Of a stretch of 15,763 nt of DNA, positions 1 through 9,900 are shown piece after piece. Where the stretch lies: NCBI GenBank assembly GCA_048940645.1, contig JBHLOI010000070.1, forward strand, positions 1 through 15,763, in the 5' to 3' direction. A model generated the notes under the pieces. That model saw nothing but the letters and a program-made list of their open reading frames with translations, was not told the origin of the DNA and did no database searches. Within the stretch, counting starts at the first letter, position 1. Every line of letters starts with the position of its first letter. The position numbers and the translations under genes are program-made. This stretch comes from Promethearchaeota archaeon (lineage in GTDB: Archaea > Asgardarchaeota > Lokiarchaeia > Sigyniarchaeales > SOKP01).

Positions 1-216
1 ACCATGTTCCCAGGAATTAAAGAACGTTTAACTAAGGAAATTAAAGAACAAATTCCTGAGAGTGTTGATGTAAAAATCATTGCTCCACCAGAACGTATGT
101 ATTCCGTTTGGATAGGTGGCTCAATCTTAAGTTCATTGAAAACATTCCACCGAATGTGGGTTACTAGACGCGAGTATAAGGAGATGGGCCCCCAAGTAAT
201 ACACCGATGCTTCTAA
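1..216 (+). CDS. Actin (Asgard/lokiactin-type), C-terminal fragment; the gene starts upstream of the window
   Basis: The frame is open from base 1 (ACC ATG...). [14 protein letters not shown]...[42 protein letters not shown] aligns with the C-terminus of eukaryotic actin (TMYPGIADRMQKEI...[48 protein letters not shown]). It is not MreB/FtsA-like. Confidence 0.96.
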   Translation, partial: TMFPGIKERLTKEIKEQIPESVDVKIIAPPERMYSVWIGGSILSSLKTFHRMWVTRREYKEMGPQVIHRCF

Positions 217-268
217 TGGGACAGTCTCCCACATTTTTTTTAGAAATTTTTTATTTTCCTTTTTTTTA
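217..268 (+). terminator. Putative terminator of the actin gene
   Basis: A TGGGA-cagtc-TCCCA stem-loop (217-231) follows the TAA directly, then T8 (234-241) and further T-tracts to ~268. Confidence 0.65.
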
Positions 269-393
269 TTATTGAAAAGTACAGCAATAATTCTACTAAT
301 TCAGCTCTGCTGAAGTTTTTTTAGAAAAATCATATTAACAAGGCATTAAGCAAATTCTTTAGAAGATGAAGGTTATAGATACAAACGAGTAAA

Positions 394-401
394 TTTATAT
401 C
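394..401 (+). promoter_or_regulatory. Putative archaeal TATA box for the 422..928 gene
   Basis: TTTATATC, preceded by purine-rich GAGTAAA, starts 28 nt before the ATG at 422. This fits a leaderless or short-leader transcript, but AT-rich DNA makes it weak evidence. Confidence 0.4.
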
Positions 402-421
402 AGAGGTTATTCTTAAATATA

Positions 422-928
422 ATGGTACAGAATTTGATAAAATTTAGCAAAAAACGTAGTATCTATTTCTTTTTATTTATAATGATTAGTTTATTTTGCA
501 TTTTCCCCTTTATCAAAGCTAGCACACAACAAACAAATCAAATCACTTGTACTTCACCAACATCTAACACATCATTGAAGCCTGGTGATAATACATATAT
601 TACATGGAGTACAGAAGGAGGAATTGAAATAATTAAGATCGATATCTATAAAGGTAGTGTTTTAAAATACGATATAGAAGAAACAAATAATGACGGTTCT
701 TTTTTATGGCGTGTTCCTTATAGTATAGAACCAGGGCCTGATTGGAGAGTTAAAGTTAGTGATTATTTTGATGAAGGAACTTATGATTTGAGTGATTATT
801 TTGAGATTACTCAAGAATTTACCATAATTGATATATTTGGTATACTTGGTATACTTGGTATAATTGGTATTATAGTTTTGGGAGTTGTTGGAGTAATTAT
901 ATTAATAAGAATTAATAAGAAGAAATAA
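422..928 (+). CDS. Membrane-anchored surface protein with a Kre9/KNH-like (Ser/Thr-rich GPI-anchored family) Ig-fold domain
   Basis: N-terminal signal peptide (KKRS + hydrophobic stretch + IKA). Domain pattern ITCTSP..G....ITW....IKIDIYKG....NDGSFLW.VP..I.PG.DWRVKVSD....D.SDYFEI. C-terminal Gly-rich transmembrane helix followed by RINKKK. Confidence 0.75.
   Translation: MVQNLIKFSKKRSIYFFLFIMISLFCIFPFIKASTQQTNQITCTSPTSNTSLKPGDNTYITWSTEGGIEIIKIDIYKGSVLKYDIEETNNDGSFLWRVPYSIEPGPDWRVKVSDYFDEGTYDLSDYFEITQEFTIIDIFGILGILGIIGIIVLGVVGVIILIRINKKK
839..874 (+). repeat. In-frame 9-bp tandem repeat encoding GIL-GIL-GII-GII in the TM anchor
   Basis: GGTATACTT GGTATACTT GGTATAATT GGTATTATA. Confidence 0.85.
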
Positions 929-1098
929 AAAAGAATTAAAATCTGAATCTGAATCGAATACACTAAATAAAAAAAAAGATATAGCATTAATTCATATCGT
1001 AAATTTTAATTTACATGATGGGATATTAATTTTTATTGAAAATATTAAGCTTTTAATTTCCTAACTTTTCAAAATTAAGAAAAAAGAGATTAATCTTT

Positions 1099-2073
1099 AT
1101 GCCTGAAAGTGGAACTATCTTATATGATTTAAATAAAGTGTTTATTCCTTGCCGGACAGTATTAGAAATGGAGGCATTAACTGCCTTATTCCTTGAATAT
1201 TATAATTATGATGAGATAAAAGAAATACCAAGAAGTCAACCCTCGAGCCATAGACTTATAGAGGTTTTCAGAGTCATCGAGTGCGAACCGTTAGAAAGGA
1301 TAATTGAATATTTTATTGATGTTGTTGTCAGTAAATTAAAACCGATTGTCATGTATGAAAGGGATCATCATGATCGATTTCGAATGGGCAATGTAGTAGC
1401 TTATACACAAACACGAGTTTGTTTGTATTTAGCACTACATAGATTAAAGTTAAAATTTTTGCTTATAAAGCATTTCATGGATAAATTTAAAGAGAATAAT
1501 TATAAATTGGATTTATCAGAAGATCAAAAAGGATTAGGCGCACACAACTTTCTTTTTGCGTTTTATAACGACTATTATAAGAAGAATATGATGAATCTTA
1601 AATTAATGCTTTCAACTAAGCGCGTTTCCGATAGAGTAAGTCAATTAATGGATACCTCAAAAACTATTACAAATGAAGATATTATTAATGCAGTAACTTT
1701 CAAAAAATTTTTGGATGATAAAAATAGAATCAAATTCATCATGAAAGAAATTAAAGCTTCGTTATTTGTGTGTAAAGTTATGTTTGCCAATATGGATGTA
1801 TTCACACCTTTCACGATTGCCAAAGAAACTATGATTGATGCGGAGGAGATAATGATAAGTCAAGATTTTATCCCTGAATTAATTCCTGCTATATCTACTT
1901 GCATTGTAGAGGAAAATATGAATCAGCTTGAAGATTGCTTTAGAGCTTATGAATTTATGATGAATCGTGTTTTAGAAGGGATTAATAATGCGGTTGATAT
2001 TGCTTCTGGAGGTCAAATAAATCTTGGCTTGGAAGATACAATCTATAACACTGGAAATGTTTTTGAATTATAA
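1099..2073 (+). CDS. Hypothetical protein, 324 aa, soluble, probably alpha-helical
   Basis: Long ORF in AT-rich DNA with an ATG start and a TAA TAA double stop. No motif, signal peptide or TM segment recognised. Confidence 0.85.
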   Translation: MPESGTILYDLNKVFIPCRTVLEMEALTALFLEYYNYDEIKEIPRSQPSSHRLIEVFRVIECEPLERIIEYFIDVVVSKLKPIVMYERDHHDRFRMGNVVAYTQTRVCLYLALHRLKLKFLLIKHFMDKFKENNYKLDLSEDQKGLGAHNFLFAFYNDYYKKNMMNLKLMLSTKRVSDRVSQLMDTSKTITNEDIINAVTFKKFLDDKNRIKFIMKEIKASLFVCKVMFANMDVFTPFTIAKETMIDAEEIMISQDFIPELIPAISTCIVEENMNQLEDCFRAYEFMMNRVLEGINNAVDIASGGQINLGLEDTIYNTGNVFEL

Positions 2074-2092
2074 TAAAAAGATCTTTGAATAA

Positions 2093-2410
2093 TTAGAGTT
2101 TATGAGTTGATTTTTGTTTAAGATCCTTCAATTTGTCTTTAAGTATTTCTCCATAAGGAATACCTACTTCAATATCAGAATGTCTTAGTCTACGAAGAAA
2201 TTTCGGTAATCCTTGCTCATTTAAAATTAATTCTAAAAAATTTTGATAAAACCCATCAATATTATCTAAAGCTAAATTAAAGTAAAACTCATTTCCATTA
2301 TCGGAAAGAGTGATATTTAAAATTTCCAGCAATCCAGTTACGGATTGCCTTATTTTTTCGAAATTTTTCGAAGCTTGTTCCACTGATTCGATATCAGTTT
2401 TTTTTTCCAT
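2093..2410 (-). CDS. Hypothetical protein, ~105 aa
   Basis: Converges on 1099..2073 with a 19-bp gap. The ATG at 2410 is preferred over the TTG at 2413. Amphipathic helical pattern; TATA-like element upstream. Confidence 0.7.
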   Translation of the reverse strand: MEKKTDIESVEQASKNFEKIRQSVTGLLEILNITLSDNGNEFYFNLALDNIDGFYQNFLELILNEQGLPKFLRRLRHSDIEVGIPYGEILKDKLKDLKQKSTHKL

Positions 2411-2448
2411 CAATATAAATACATCTCTAAGTAAAGGTAAACTTTCAA

Positions 2449-2460
2449 AATTTATAAATT
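2449..2460 (-). promoter_or_regulatory. Putative TATA box for the 2093..2410 gene
   Basis: The palindrome AATTTATAAATT contains TTTATAAA about 40-48 nt upstream of the start codon. Confidence 0.35.
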
Positions 2461-2774
2461 ATCTCAATTTCAGACATTTATGTTATCATATTACGATCAA
2501 TAATTTTAAATCCCTATATATGAAATTCATAAATTGATAATATAGAGTTAACAATCTTATTAATATTATGTCATAATTTGAAAAAAAATTAATTAATCAT
2601 TAAAGAGATAGTTAAAAATGATCGGAATTGATCGCTAAAATAGAACAAAACTACCTTAAACGATCACCAAATAAGAAGAAATTAATGAAATAGAAAAAAA
2701 ACAATTAAAAAAATAGCGAATTACGATCTTTTAGTATTTTAAACACATTTCTAATCTGAATTCCCTATTTTGAA

Positions 2775-3194
2775 TTATTTAATGATATCCGTTATAAAGC
2801 ATGTTTCTACTATTTTTATCCCTTTAATTTGAGAAATTTTCTCTTCAATTAAGGGATTTATTTGCTCAATTGAAGTAATTTCAACCTTTAACATGAGACC
2901 ACAGTCTCCACTTAATCGCCATATATCTGTTATTTCTCCAATTTCTCTTAATTCACTTATAATTCGTTTAACATCTTTTAAATCAGGTACAATTTTAATC
3001 GTAGCAAAGGTTTTCGGCTTATTATTCAAATTGAAATCAATTGTGAATTTTCGAATTATCCCTTTTTCAATTAGATTCTTAACTCTTCTTCTTACGGTCG
3101 CTTCAGTTTTACCAATGCTATGAGATATTTCGTTAAAAGAAACTCTACTATTTTCTTTTAATATTTTTAAAATACTTTTATCTATTTCATCCAT
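2775..3194 (-). CDS. Lrp/AsnC family transcriptional regulator
   Basis: N-terminal wHTH (MDEIDKSILKILKENSRVSFNEIS..IGKTEATVRRRVKNL.EKGIIRKFT) plus a C-terminal RAM domain (..RLSGDCGLMLKV...IKGIKIVET). Confidence 0.95.
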   Translation of the reverse strand: MDEIDKSILKILKENSRVSFNEISHSIGKTEATVRRRVKNLIEKGIIRKFTIDFNLNNKPKTFATIKIVPDLKDVKRIISELREIGEITDIWRLSGDCGLMLKVEITSIEQINPLIEEKISQIKGIKIVETCFITDIIK

Positions 3195-3396
3195 TTTTAT
3201 TTTTATTCAACAAACAATCAAACTCTTATATTATAAAAAAAAATCTTATTGTTTATCAAGTTATGTAAAATCATAATAAATATTTTTTTTAATTTTTTAG
3301 AAAAATTAAAAAAATAATAAGAAAAGACAAAAAAATAGATTTGAAAGAAGAATTCTAAGTTTTTAATAACTATTTATGACTTTATTTATTTCATAC

Positions 3397-6300
3397 TCAA
3401 TATTCAATTAACTTTCTTTCAATAATAGAATTAATTTGAGATATAATTTGCTCATCTGTAAAATGCTTTATCACCAGAGCTTGGTTAGTACAAGTTGCTC
3501 CACATACTCCACATCCTTTACATAATACTTGGTTTATTTCAATTTCATCTAGATCGTTCTTATAAATAGCATTATAAGGACAAACTGTTAAACAAACTTC
3601 ACACCCTGTACATAATTTTTTATTAAATTCAGGTAAACTTGATGTTGCACCCTCAACTGAGGCTTTAGCATTCATTAAAGGTATTAAAGCTCTAGATGCG
3701 GCTCCAAGAGCTTGACTTATTGACTCTTTAATGTTTTTAGGACATTGAGCGGTTCCACAAATAAAAATACCATCCGTCGCAAAATCAACAGGTCTTAATT
3801 TTGGATGAGCTTCAAAGAAGAATCCGTGACTATCTACCGGGACTTTTAACATTTCAGATAATTTTTTATTTTCTTCCCAAGCTATCAAGGGGGTTGCTAA
3901 TACTATTTTATCTACCTCCAAATCAAAATTAACTCTTGTAAGAAAATCTTTAACGTTTATTGATAATTTTCCCCCCTTATTTTTCAAATACGGTCGGTCA
4001 TTTGCCAAATATTGTATAAAATTAATTCCTTTTTCTCTAGCTTTTCTATATTCAATCTCTTCTTCATATGATACTCTGATATCCCGATATAATATAAAAA
4101 TTTGAGAATTTGGATATAACTTTTTGACGATTAAAGCATTTTTTATTGATTCAGAACAACAAGTCAATGAACAATAAGTCCTTCCTTCTTCTTCACGAGA
4201 ACCTACACATTGAATAAAAGCTATTTTTTCACCATCTTTCAAGTGATTACTTCGAATTAGATTCTCGAATTCTAAATTAGTGAAGATATTTTTACTTTTT
4301 TCATACTTATAAAATCCCTTTGGTTTAAATTCTTGTCCTCCCACAGCAACAATAATGGTGCCAACATTAATATCCTTTAAGACTCCATCCTGACCAATGC
4401 TTACTTTAAAATCCCCTATTGAACCCTTTACAGAATTAACTAAAGAGGATGTAAGTACTTCTATATTTGGATTGGTTCTTATAGCTTGAATCATTGGAGT
4501 TAAAATTTGCTCTGGAGGAGTTTCATCAGGATCAATACTATGTAAGTTTCGGATAAATCCACCAAGTTCTTCATCCCGCTCAACAAGAAATACTCTGAAT
4601 CCTTTTTTAGCGATTGCTAGTGAAGAGGTCATACCAGTTATACCTCCCCCTATAACTAAAGCAGAAGGTAATACATTAACTTCTATATCGTACAATGGTT
4701 CTACGAGTCTTGCTTTTGATACGGTCATTAAAATCTGCTCTTTTGCTTTTTGAGTAGCTCTTTCAGGTTCAGACATATGAACCCAACTAACTAATTCTCT
4801 TATACTAGCAAATAAAACTAAATAGGGATTTAGACCTACTTTAGCACATGTGGCTTGGAATAGTGGAAGATGGGTTCTCGGAGTACATGCTGCAATAATA
4901 ACTCTATTTAAGTCATATTTTTTAATTGCTTCTTGAATACTTCTTTGCGACTCTTCAGAGCAGGTATATAAATTTCTTTCAACATAAATTATTTCATGAA
5001 TAGTTTGAATTTCTTCTGCTATTTTTTCTACATCTACGAAATCAGCTATATTTGAACCACAATGACATATAAAAACCCCAATTCGAAGTGGATCTTCACG
5101 CAAAACTTTTTTTTCAAAAATCTCCTCTTTTTCTTCTTCTATGGCCTTTAATGAAGTTCTGCTAACCGCTCTACTGGCTGCTCCACTGGCTTCTGCAACG
5201 GACGTTGAAATATCTTCTGGACCATGAGCACACCCGCATACATAAATTCCTGGAACGTTTGTTTCGATATTGTTAAATGGCACTGTTGATTCTACAAAAC
5301 CATATTCATCCATATTAACTCCAAGAATTTGGTTTAATTTGTTTGATCCTCTGCTAGGAATAACTGCTGGAAAGAGAACTACCATATCCACAGTTTCAAA
5401 TTTAACTTCACCTGATTCAAAATCAATGTGTTTTATTATTAAATTCTTTGTTTCAGGAACCTCATATATTTTGTTAGGTAATCCTTTGATATAATGTACC
5501 TTATAGTCTGATTTAGCTCTTTCAATAAATTCATTATGATTTTTTCCAATAGTTCGTAAATCATTATAATAAACCTCAATTTCAGCGTCTGGATGGTGTT
5601 CCATAGTCATTATTGCTTCTTTTGTAGCATACATACAACAGATTTTAGAACAATATGGATTTAAACCAATATTCCTCGATCCAACACATAAAATAAAACC
5701 TATCTTGTGAGGATGTTTATTATCTGAAGGCCGTAATATTTCTCCTTTAGTTGGTCCTGATGCACACATTATTCGTTCATATTCCATGGATATAATGACA
5801 TTTGAATATTCTCCATAACCATACCTACTTAACGAGCTTACATCCATTAAGTCAAAACCACAAGCATTAATGATAGAAGCAACCTCGATTTCAATTTCTT
5901 GTGGTTTTTGCTCAAAATCTACTGCATGAGTTGGGCAAAATTTTTCACATACTTTACATGTACCATTTTTAAAATAAATACAATTATCTTCATCTATCAG
6001 ATAAACAGCAGGAACTGCCTGAAGGAAAGGAATATATGCCGCGCCTCTTTTAATAAGTCCTTGGTCAAATTCAGAAGGAAACTTTTTATATGGACATTTT
6101 TTTGCGCAAGTTCCACATGATGTACATTTTGAAGCGTCAATATAACGAGGTTTGCATAGAATTTTTACTTTAAAGGCAGAGCCATTATTAATAGGGTCTA
6201 CTTTTTGTACTTCTGAATAAGTTAAAAGTTTAATTCGAGGATGACGTGCACATTCGACCATTTTAGGTGCTAAAATACATATTGAGCAATCTAAAGTGGG

Positions 6301-6462
6301 AAAAGTTTTATCTAATTGGGCCATTTTACCTCCTATTGATGGAGATCTCTCCACTAAATAAACAAACTCACCTTGATCTGCAAGATCTAAGGCGGCAGAA
6401 ATCCCTGCTACACCTCCCCCAATTACCAAAATTTGGTTTTCATAACTCTTATTTCGTATCAT
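3397..6462 (-). CDS. hdrA: Double-module HdrA-like FAD/Fe-S protein (~1000-aa, BamE-like architecture), 1021 aa
   Basis: Module 1: VIGGGVAG, LDKTFPTLDCSICILAPKM, inserted 2x[4Fe-4S] ferredoxin, CVGSR...YCSKICCMYATK. Module 2: RIGVFICHCG...CS...ACTPRTH, VIGGGITG, CVGSR...YCSLTCC, EAHPKLRPVDFATDGIF, C-terminal 2x CxxCxxCxxxC. Confidence 0.93.
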   Translation of the reverse strand: MIRNKSYENQILVIGGGVAGISAALDLADQGEFVYLVERSPSIGGKMAQLDKTFPTLDCSICILAPKMVECARHPRIKLLTYSEVQKVDPINNGSAFKVKILCKPRYIDASKCTSCGTCAKKCPYKKFPSEFDQGLIKRGAAYIPFLQAVPAVYLIDEDNCIYFKNGTCKVCEKFCPTHAVDFEQKPQEIEIEVASIINACGFDLMDVSSLSRYGYGEYSNVIISMEYERIMCASGPTKGEILRPSDNKHPHKIGFILCVGSRNIGLNPYCSKICCMYATKEAIMTMEHHPDAEIEVYYNDLRTIGKNHNEFIERAKSDYKVHYIKGLPNKIYEVPETKNLIIKHIDFESGEVKFETVDMVVLFPAVIPSRGSNKLNQILGVNMDEYGFVESTVPFNNIETNVPGIYVCGCAHGPEDISTSVAEASGAASRAVSRTSLKAIEEEKEEIFEKKVLREDPLRIGVFICHCGSNIADFVDVEKIAEEIQTIHEIIYVERNLYTCSEESQRSIQEAIKKYDLNRVIIAACTPRTHLPLFQATCAKVGLNPYLVLFASIRELVSWVHMSEPERATQKAKEQILMTVSKARLVEPLYDIEVNVLPSALVIGGGITGMTSSLAIAKKGFRVFLVERDEELGGFIRNLHSIDPDETPPEQILTPMIQAIRTNPNIEVLTSSLVNSVKGSIGDFKVSIGQDGVLKDINVGTIIVAVGGQEFKPKGFYKYEKSKNIFTNLEFENLIRSNHLKDGEKIAFIQCVGSREEEGRTYCSLTCCSESIKNALIVKKLYPNSQIFILYRDIRVSYEEEIEYRKAREKGINFIQYLANDRPYLKNKGGKLSINVKDFLTRVNFDLEVDKIVLATPLIAWEENKKLSEMLKVPVDSHGFFFEAHPKLRPVDFATDGIFICGTAQCPKNIKESISQALGAASRALIPLMNAKASVEGATSSLPEFNKKLCTGCEVCLTVCPYNAIYKNDLDEIEINQVLCKGCGVCGATCTNQALVIKHFTDEQIISQINSIIERKLIEY

Positions 6463-6476
6463 TTTATTCTCACATC

Positions 6477-6899
6477 CTAATGTTCTATATTAAATGGTCC
6501 TAATGTAATTAGTTGCTCTGTAAAATCTTTTACTATATCTGCAAACTTTGCCCCTTCTGCCGATGAAACCCATTCTAATCTAAGTCTTTCTGGTTCAATT
6601 CTTAAAAGTTCAAGTAACTTTTGAGTTTTCTTAATTTGTTCCTGAGCTTTTTCATTTCCCGAAAGATAATGGCAATCTCCGATATGGCAACCACATACCA
6701 AAACTCCATCACCACCACGATTAAAAACATCAAGTATTAAAGATGGCTCGATTCTACCGGAACACATTACCCTTATTATTCTAATAGTGGGAGGATATTG
6801 AAAACGGCTTACTCCTGCTAAATCAGCTCCAGCATAACCACACCAATTACATAAAAATGTAATTATTTTAGGAATAAATTCTTCTTGATTTTGATCCAC
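6477..6899 (-). CDS. mvhD: MvhD/FlpD-type [2Fe-2S] hydrogenase delta subunit, 140 aa
   Basis: FLCNWCGYAGADLAG, IRVMCSGR, GCHIGDCHY..GN, ERLRLEWVSSAEG. GTG start with SD GAGGTGA upstream. Confidence 0.95.
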   Translation of the reverse strand: MDQNQEEFIPKIITFLCNWCGYAGADLAGVSRFQYPPTIRIIRVMCSGRIEPSLILDVFNRGGDGVLVCGCHIGDCHYLSGNEKAQEQIKKTQKLLELLRIEPERLRLEWVSSAEGAKFADIVKDFTEQLITLGPFNIEH

Positions 6900-6905
6900 A
6901 TTTAT

Positions 6906-6912
6906 TCACCTC
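6906..6912 (-). promoter_or_regulatory. Shine-Dalgarno site GAGGTGA for mvhD
   Basis: The minus strand reads AAGAGGTGAATAAATGTG, with 8 nt between GAGGT and GTG. Confidence 0.7.
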
Positions 6913-6913
6913 T

Positions 6914-9900
6914 TTATCTTAAATATGCTTGAACCATAGCGGTTAATTGTTGATTTGTAAAATGTTTTAAAGATATGGCCCCAACAGGGCAAACACCTTC
7001 ACAAGAGCCGCACCCTTTGCACAAAGCTGGAAGGATTCTAGATTTATATCGGATTAAACTTACAGATGGAACTACTGAATCCAGTATAGCTTTAAATTCA
7101 CTTATAGTCTCAATCACCTCTATAGCATCATATATACATGTATCCCGACATTCCCCGCAACCTATACATTTTTCTTCTTCAATTTCTGCAGTTGATCCTA
7201 TAATTTTCATTTTATCTTTGGATAAAATTGTACCTGCTCTGGCAGCTGCTCCTTTTGCTTGGGCAATTGTTTCATTGATAAATTTTGGCCATTGAGCTGT
7301 TCCACATAAGAAAATTCCATCAGTAGCAAAATCAAGAGGACGCAATTTAACATGTGCTTCTAGGAAAAATCCATTTTGTTCAAGAGGAACTTTTAACATC
7401 TGGGATAATTCTTTATTTTCTGTTGGCAAAAAGGCAGCACTCAATACAATAAGATCTGGTTTAATAACTATTTGTTCATTTAAACAAGAATCATTTACAG
7501 TAACCATCAACTTGCTGTTTATAATATTAACCTCGGGTTCGAGTTTTTCATCATATCGGATAAAAATAACCCCTTTTTCTCTAGCTTCCCGATAATAATC
7601 CTCCTTGAAACCATAAGTTCTAACATCTCTATATAGAATGCAAATATTAATATTAGGGTATTTCTCTTTTAACTTTAAAGCATTTTTTAATGCAACAGAA
7701 CAACATATTCTATTACAATTAGGTCGTTTTTCATTTCTAGAACCAACACATTGAATCATTACTACTGTTTTCGCATCTACTTCGTTTAAAACGATTTTTT
7801 GTTCCAATTCTTGTTGAGTTAATATTCTTTCATCTTTTCCATACATATATTCCATTGGAATATATTCTGTTCCACCTGTAGCAACTATGATTACTCCAGA
7901 ATCAAGTTGTTTTTTTTCACCATTTTGATTCACTGTAATTAAAAAATTTCCAACGAATCCTTGTATATCTTCAATAGTCGCATTTGTGAATATTTTAATT
8001 TTATCGTGATTTAAAATTTGATTAATAAGTTTTCCGAGATATTCTTGAGGATCCCCACCTTCTAAAAGATAATGTATCTTTCTCACAAATCCGCCAAGCT
8101 CTTTTTCTTTTTCAATCAAATAAACATCAAAGTCTTGATTTGCTAATTCTAATGCGGCATTCATTCCAGCTATTCCACCACCTATTACTAGTCCAGAGTT
8201 TGTAACCTCTACAGATGTTTCATATATGGGTTCTAACAGTTCAGCTTTGGAAACATTCATCGCAACAAGGTCTTTTGCTTTTTCTGTTGCGTCTTCAGGT
8301 TTGGACATATGAACCCAAGAACATTGTTCCCTAATATTAGTTAATTCGAATAAATAAGGATTTAAACCCGCTTCTCGGATTGTATTGTGGAAAAGGGATT
8401 CGTGTGTTCGAGGAGTACACGAAGCTACAACAATCCTATTTAATTTATGTTCTTTTATTATTTGTTTTATTTTATCTTGGGTATCTTGGGAGCAAGTATA
8501 CAAATTTTCTTCGGTATAAACGACATTAGGAAGAGTTTTTGTAAACTCTACTACTTCAGGGACATTTACAATCCCGCCGATGTTTATCCCACAGTGGCAA
8601 ATAAATACTCCAATCCTAGCTTCTTGATTTTCAATTGGAACTTCAGGGGGATATTCTTTTATAGTTGTTAATGTATTTCTTTCAGTAGAAAGCAATGAGG
8701 AGACTTTTCCAGCAGCACCACTTGCTTCTGCTACTGTTTCAGGAATATCTTTAGGACCAGAACAAGTTCCACATACAAAAATCCCTGGCTTATTTGTTTC
8801 CATAGGATTAAATATATTTGTATAATAAAAATTATATTTATTGAGATTAACTCCCAATTTTTTACTCAAATCAATAATAGAATTCGAAGGTTGTAAACCT
8901 ATAGAAAGAACAACCATATCAAAATTTTCTATTAATACTTTCCCAGTTTCAGTATTTTCATAAGCTATAATTAAATTTTTCGTATGCGGATTTTCATCAA
9001 TCAACGCAATTTTTCCTCTTAAGAATTTGATCCCTAATTCTTGAGCTCTTTGATAATATTCCTCAAATCCTTTTCCATAAGCTCTTATATCAATAAAAAA
9101 AATGTGACAATCAATATCTGATTCATGCTCTTTTGCAATTATTGCTTCTTTAATTGCATACATACAACAAACTGCTGAACAATAATCATTACCTATTCTT
9201 CGATCTCTTGAACCAATACATTGTATCCATGCTAATTTTTCTGGTACTTTTCCGTCGGAAGGCCTTAATACATGACCTATAAAAGGTCCAGATGCGCTCA
9301 ATATTCGTTCAAATTCGGAACTTGTTATTACATTCGGAAATCGCCCATATCCATACTGTTTTAGAGATAATGGGTTATAGAGCGTAGATCCTTGAGCAAT
9401 GATTATTGAACCGACATTTAAAGGAATCAATTCTTCTTTTTGAGCAAAATCAATAGCTCTTGCTTCACATATATATTCACATAACCGGCAACCTAAACAA
9501 ATTGTTCTATCTATAGAGGGTAATTTTGGAATAGCTTGTGGATATTTAATATAAATGCTTTTACGTTTTCGCAATCCCTCATCATATTCACTTAAAGTTT
9601 CAATCGGACACCAGCTTGAACATAGTCCACAACCCGTACATTTATCTTCATTAATATATCTTGGATACTTTTTTAACATTACATTGAAATTTCCTACTGT
9701 ACCTTCTACCTTCTCAATTTCAGCTTGAGTAATGATTTGAATGTTTGGATGTCGACCCACCTCTACTAATTTAGGACTTAAAATGCACATTGCACAGTCA
9801 TTTGTAGGAAATGTTTTATCCAATTGACTCATTATTCCGCCTATAGCGGAAGAACTTTCTACCAAGAAGACTTTAAACCCTAATTCTGCCAGATCTAATG

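Noticed and set aside
940-959. AATCTG AATCTG AATCG AAT short repeat
   Set aside because: Too short and degenerate in AT-rich DNA to support a function.
1641-3123. ORFs 1641..1823 (-), 2310..2537 (+) and 2893..3123 (+)
   Set aside because: They overlap longer, better-supported genes on the opposite strand and have composition typical of AT-rich shadow frames.
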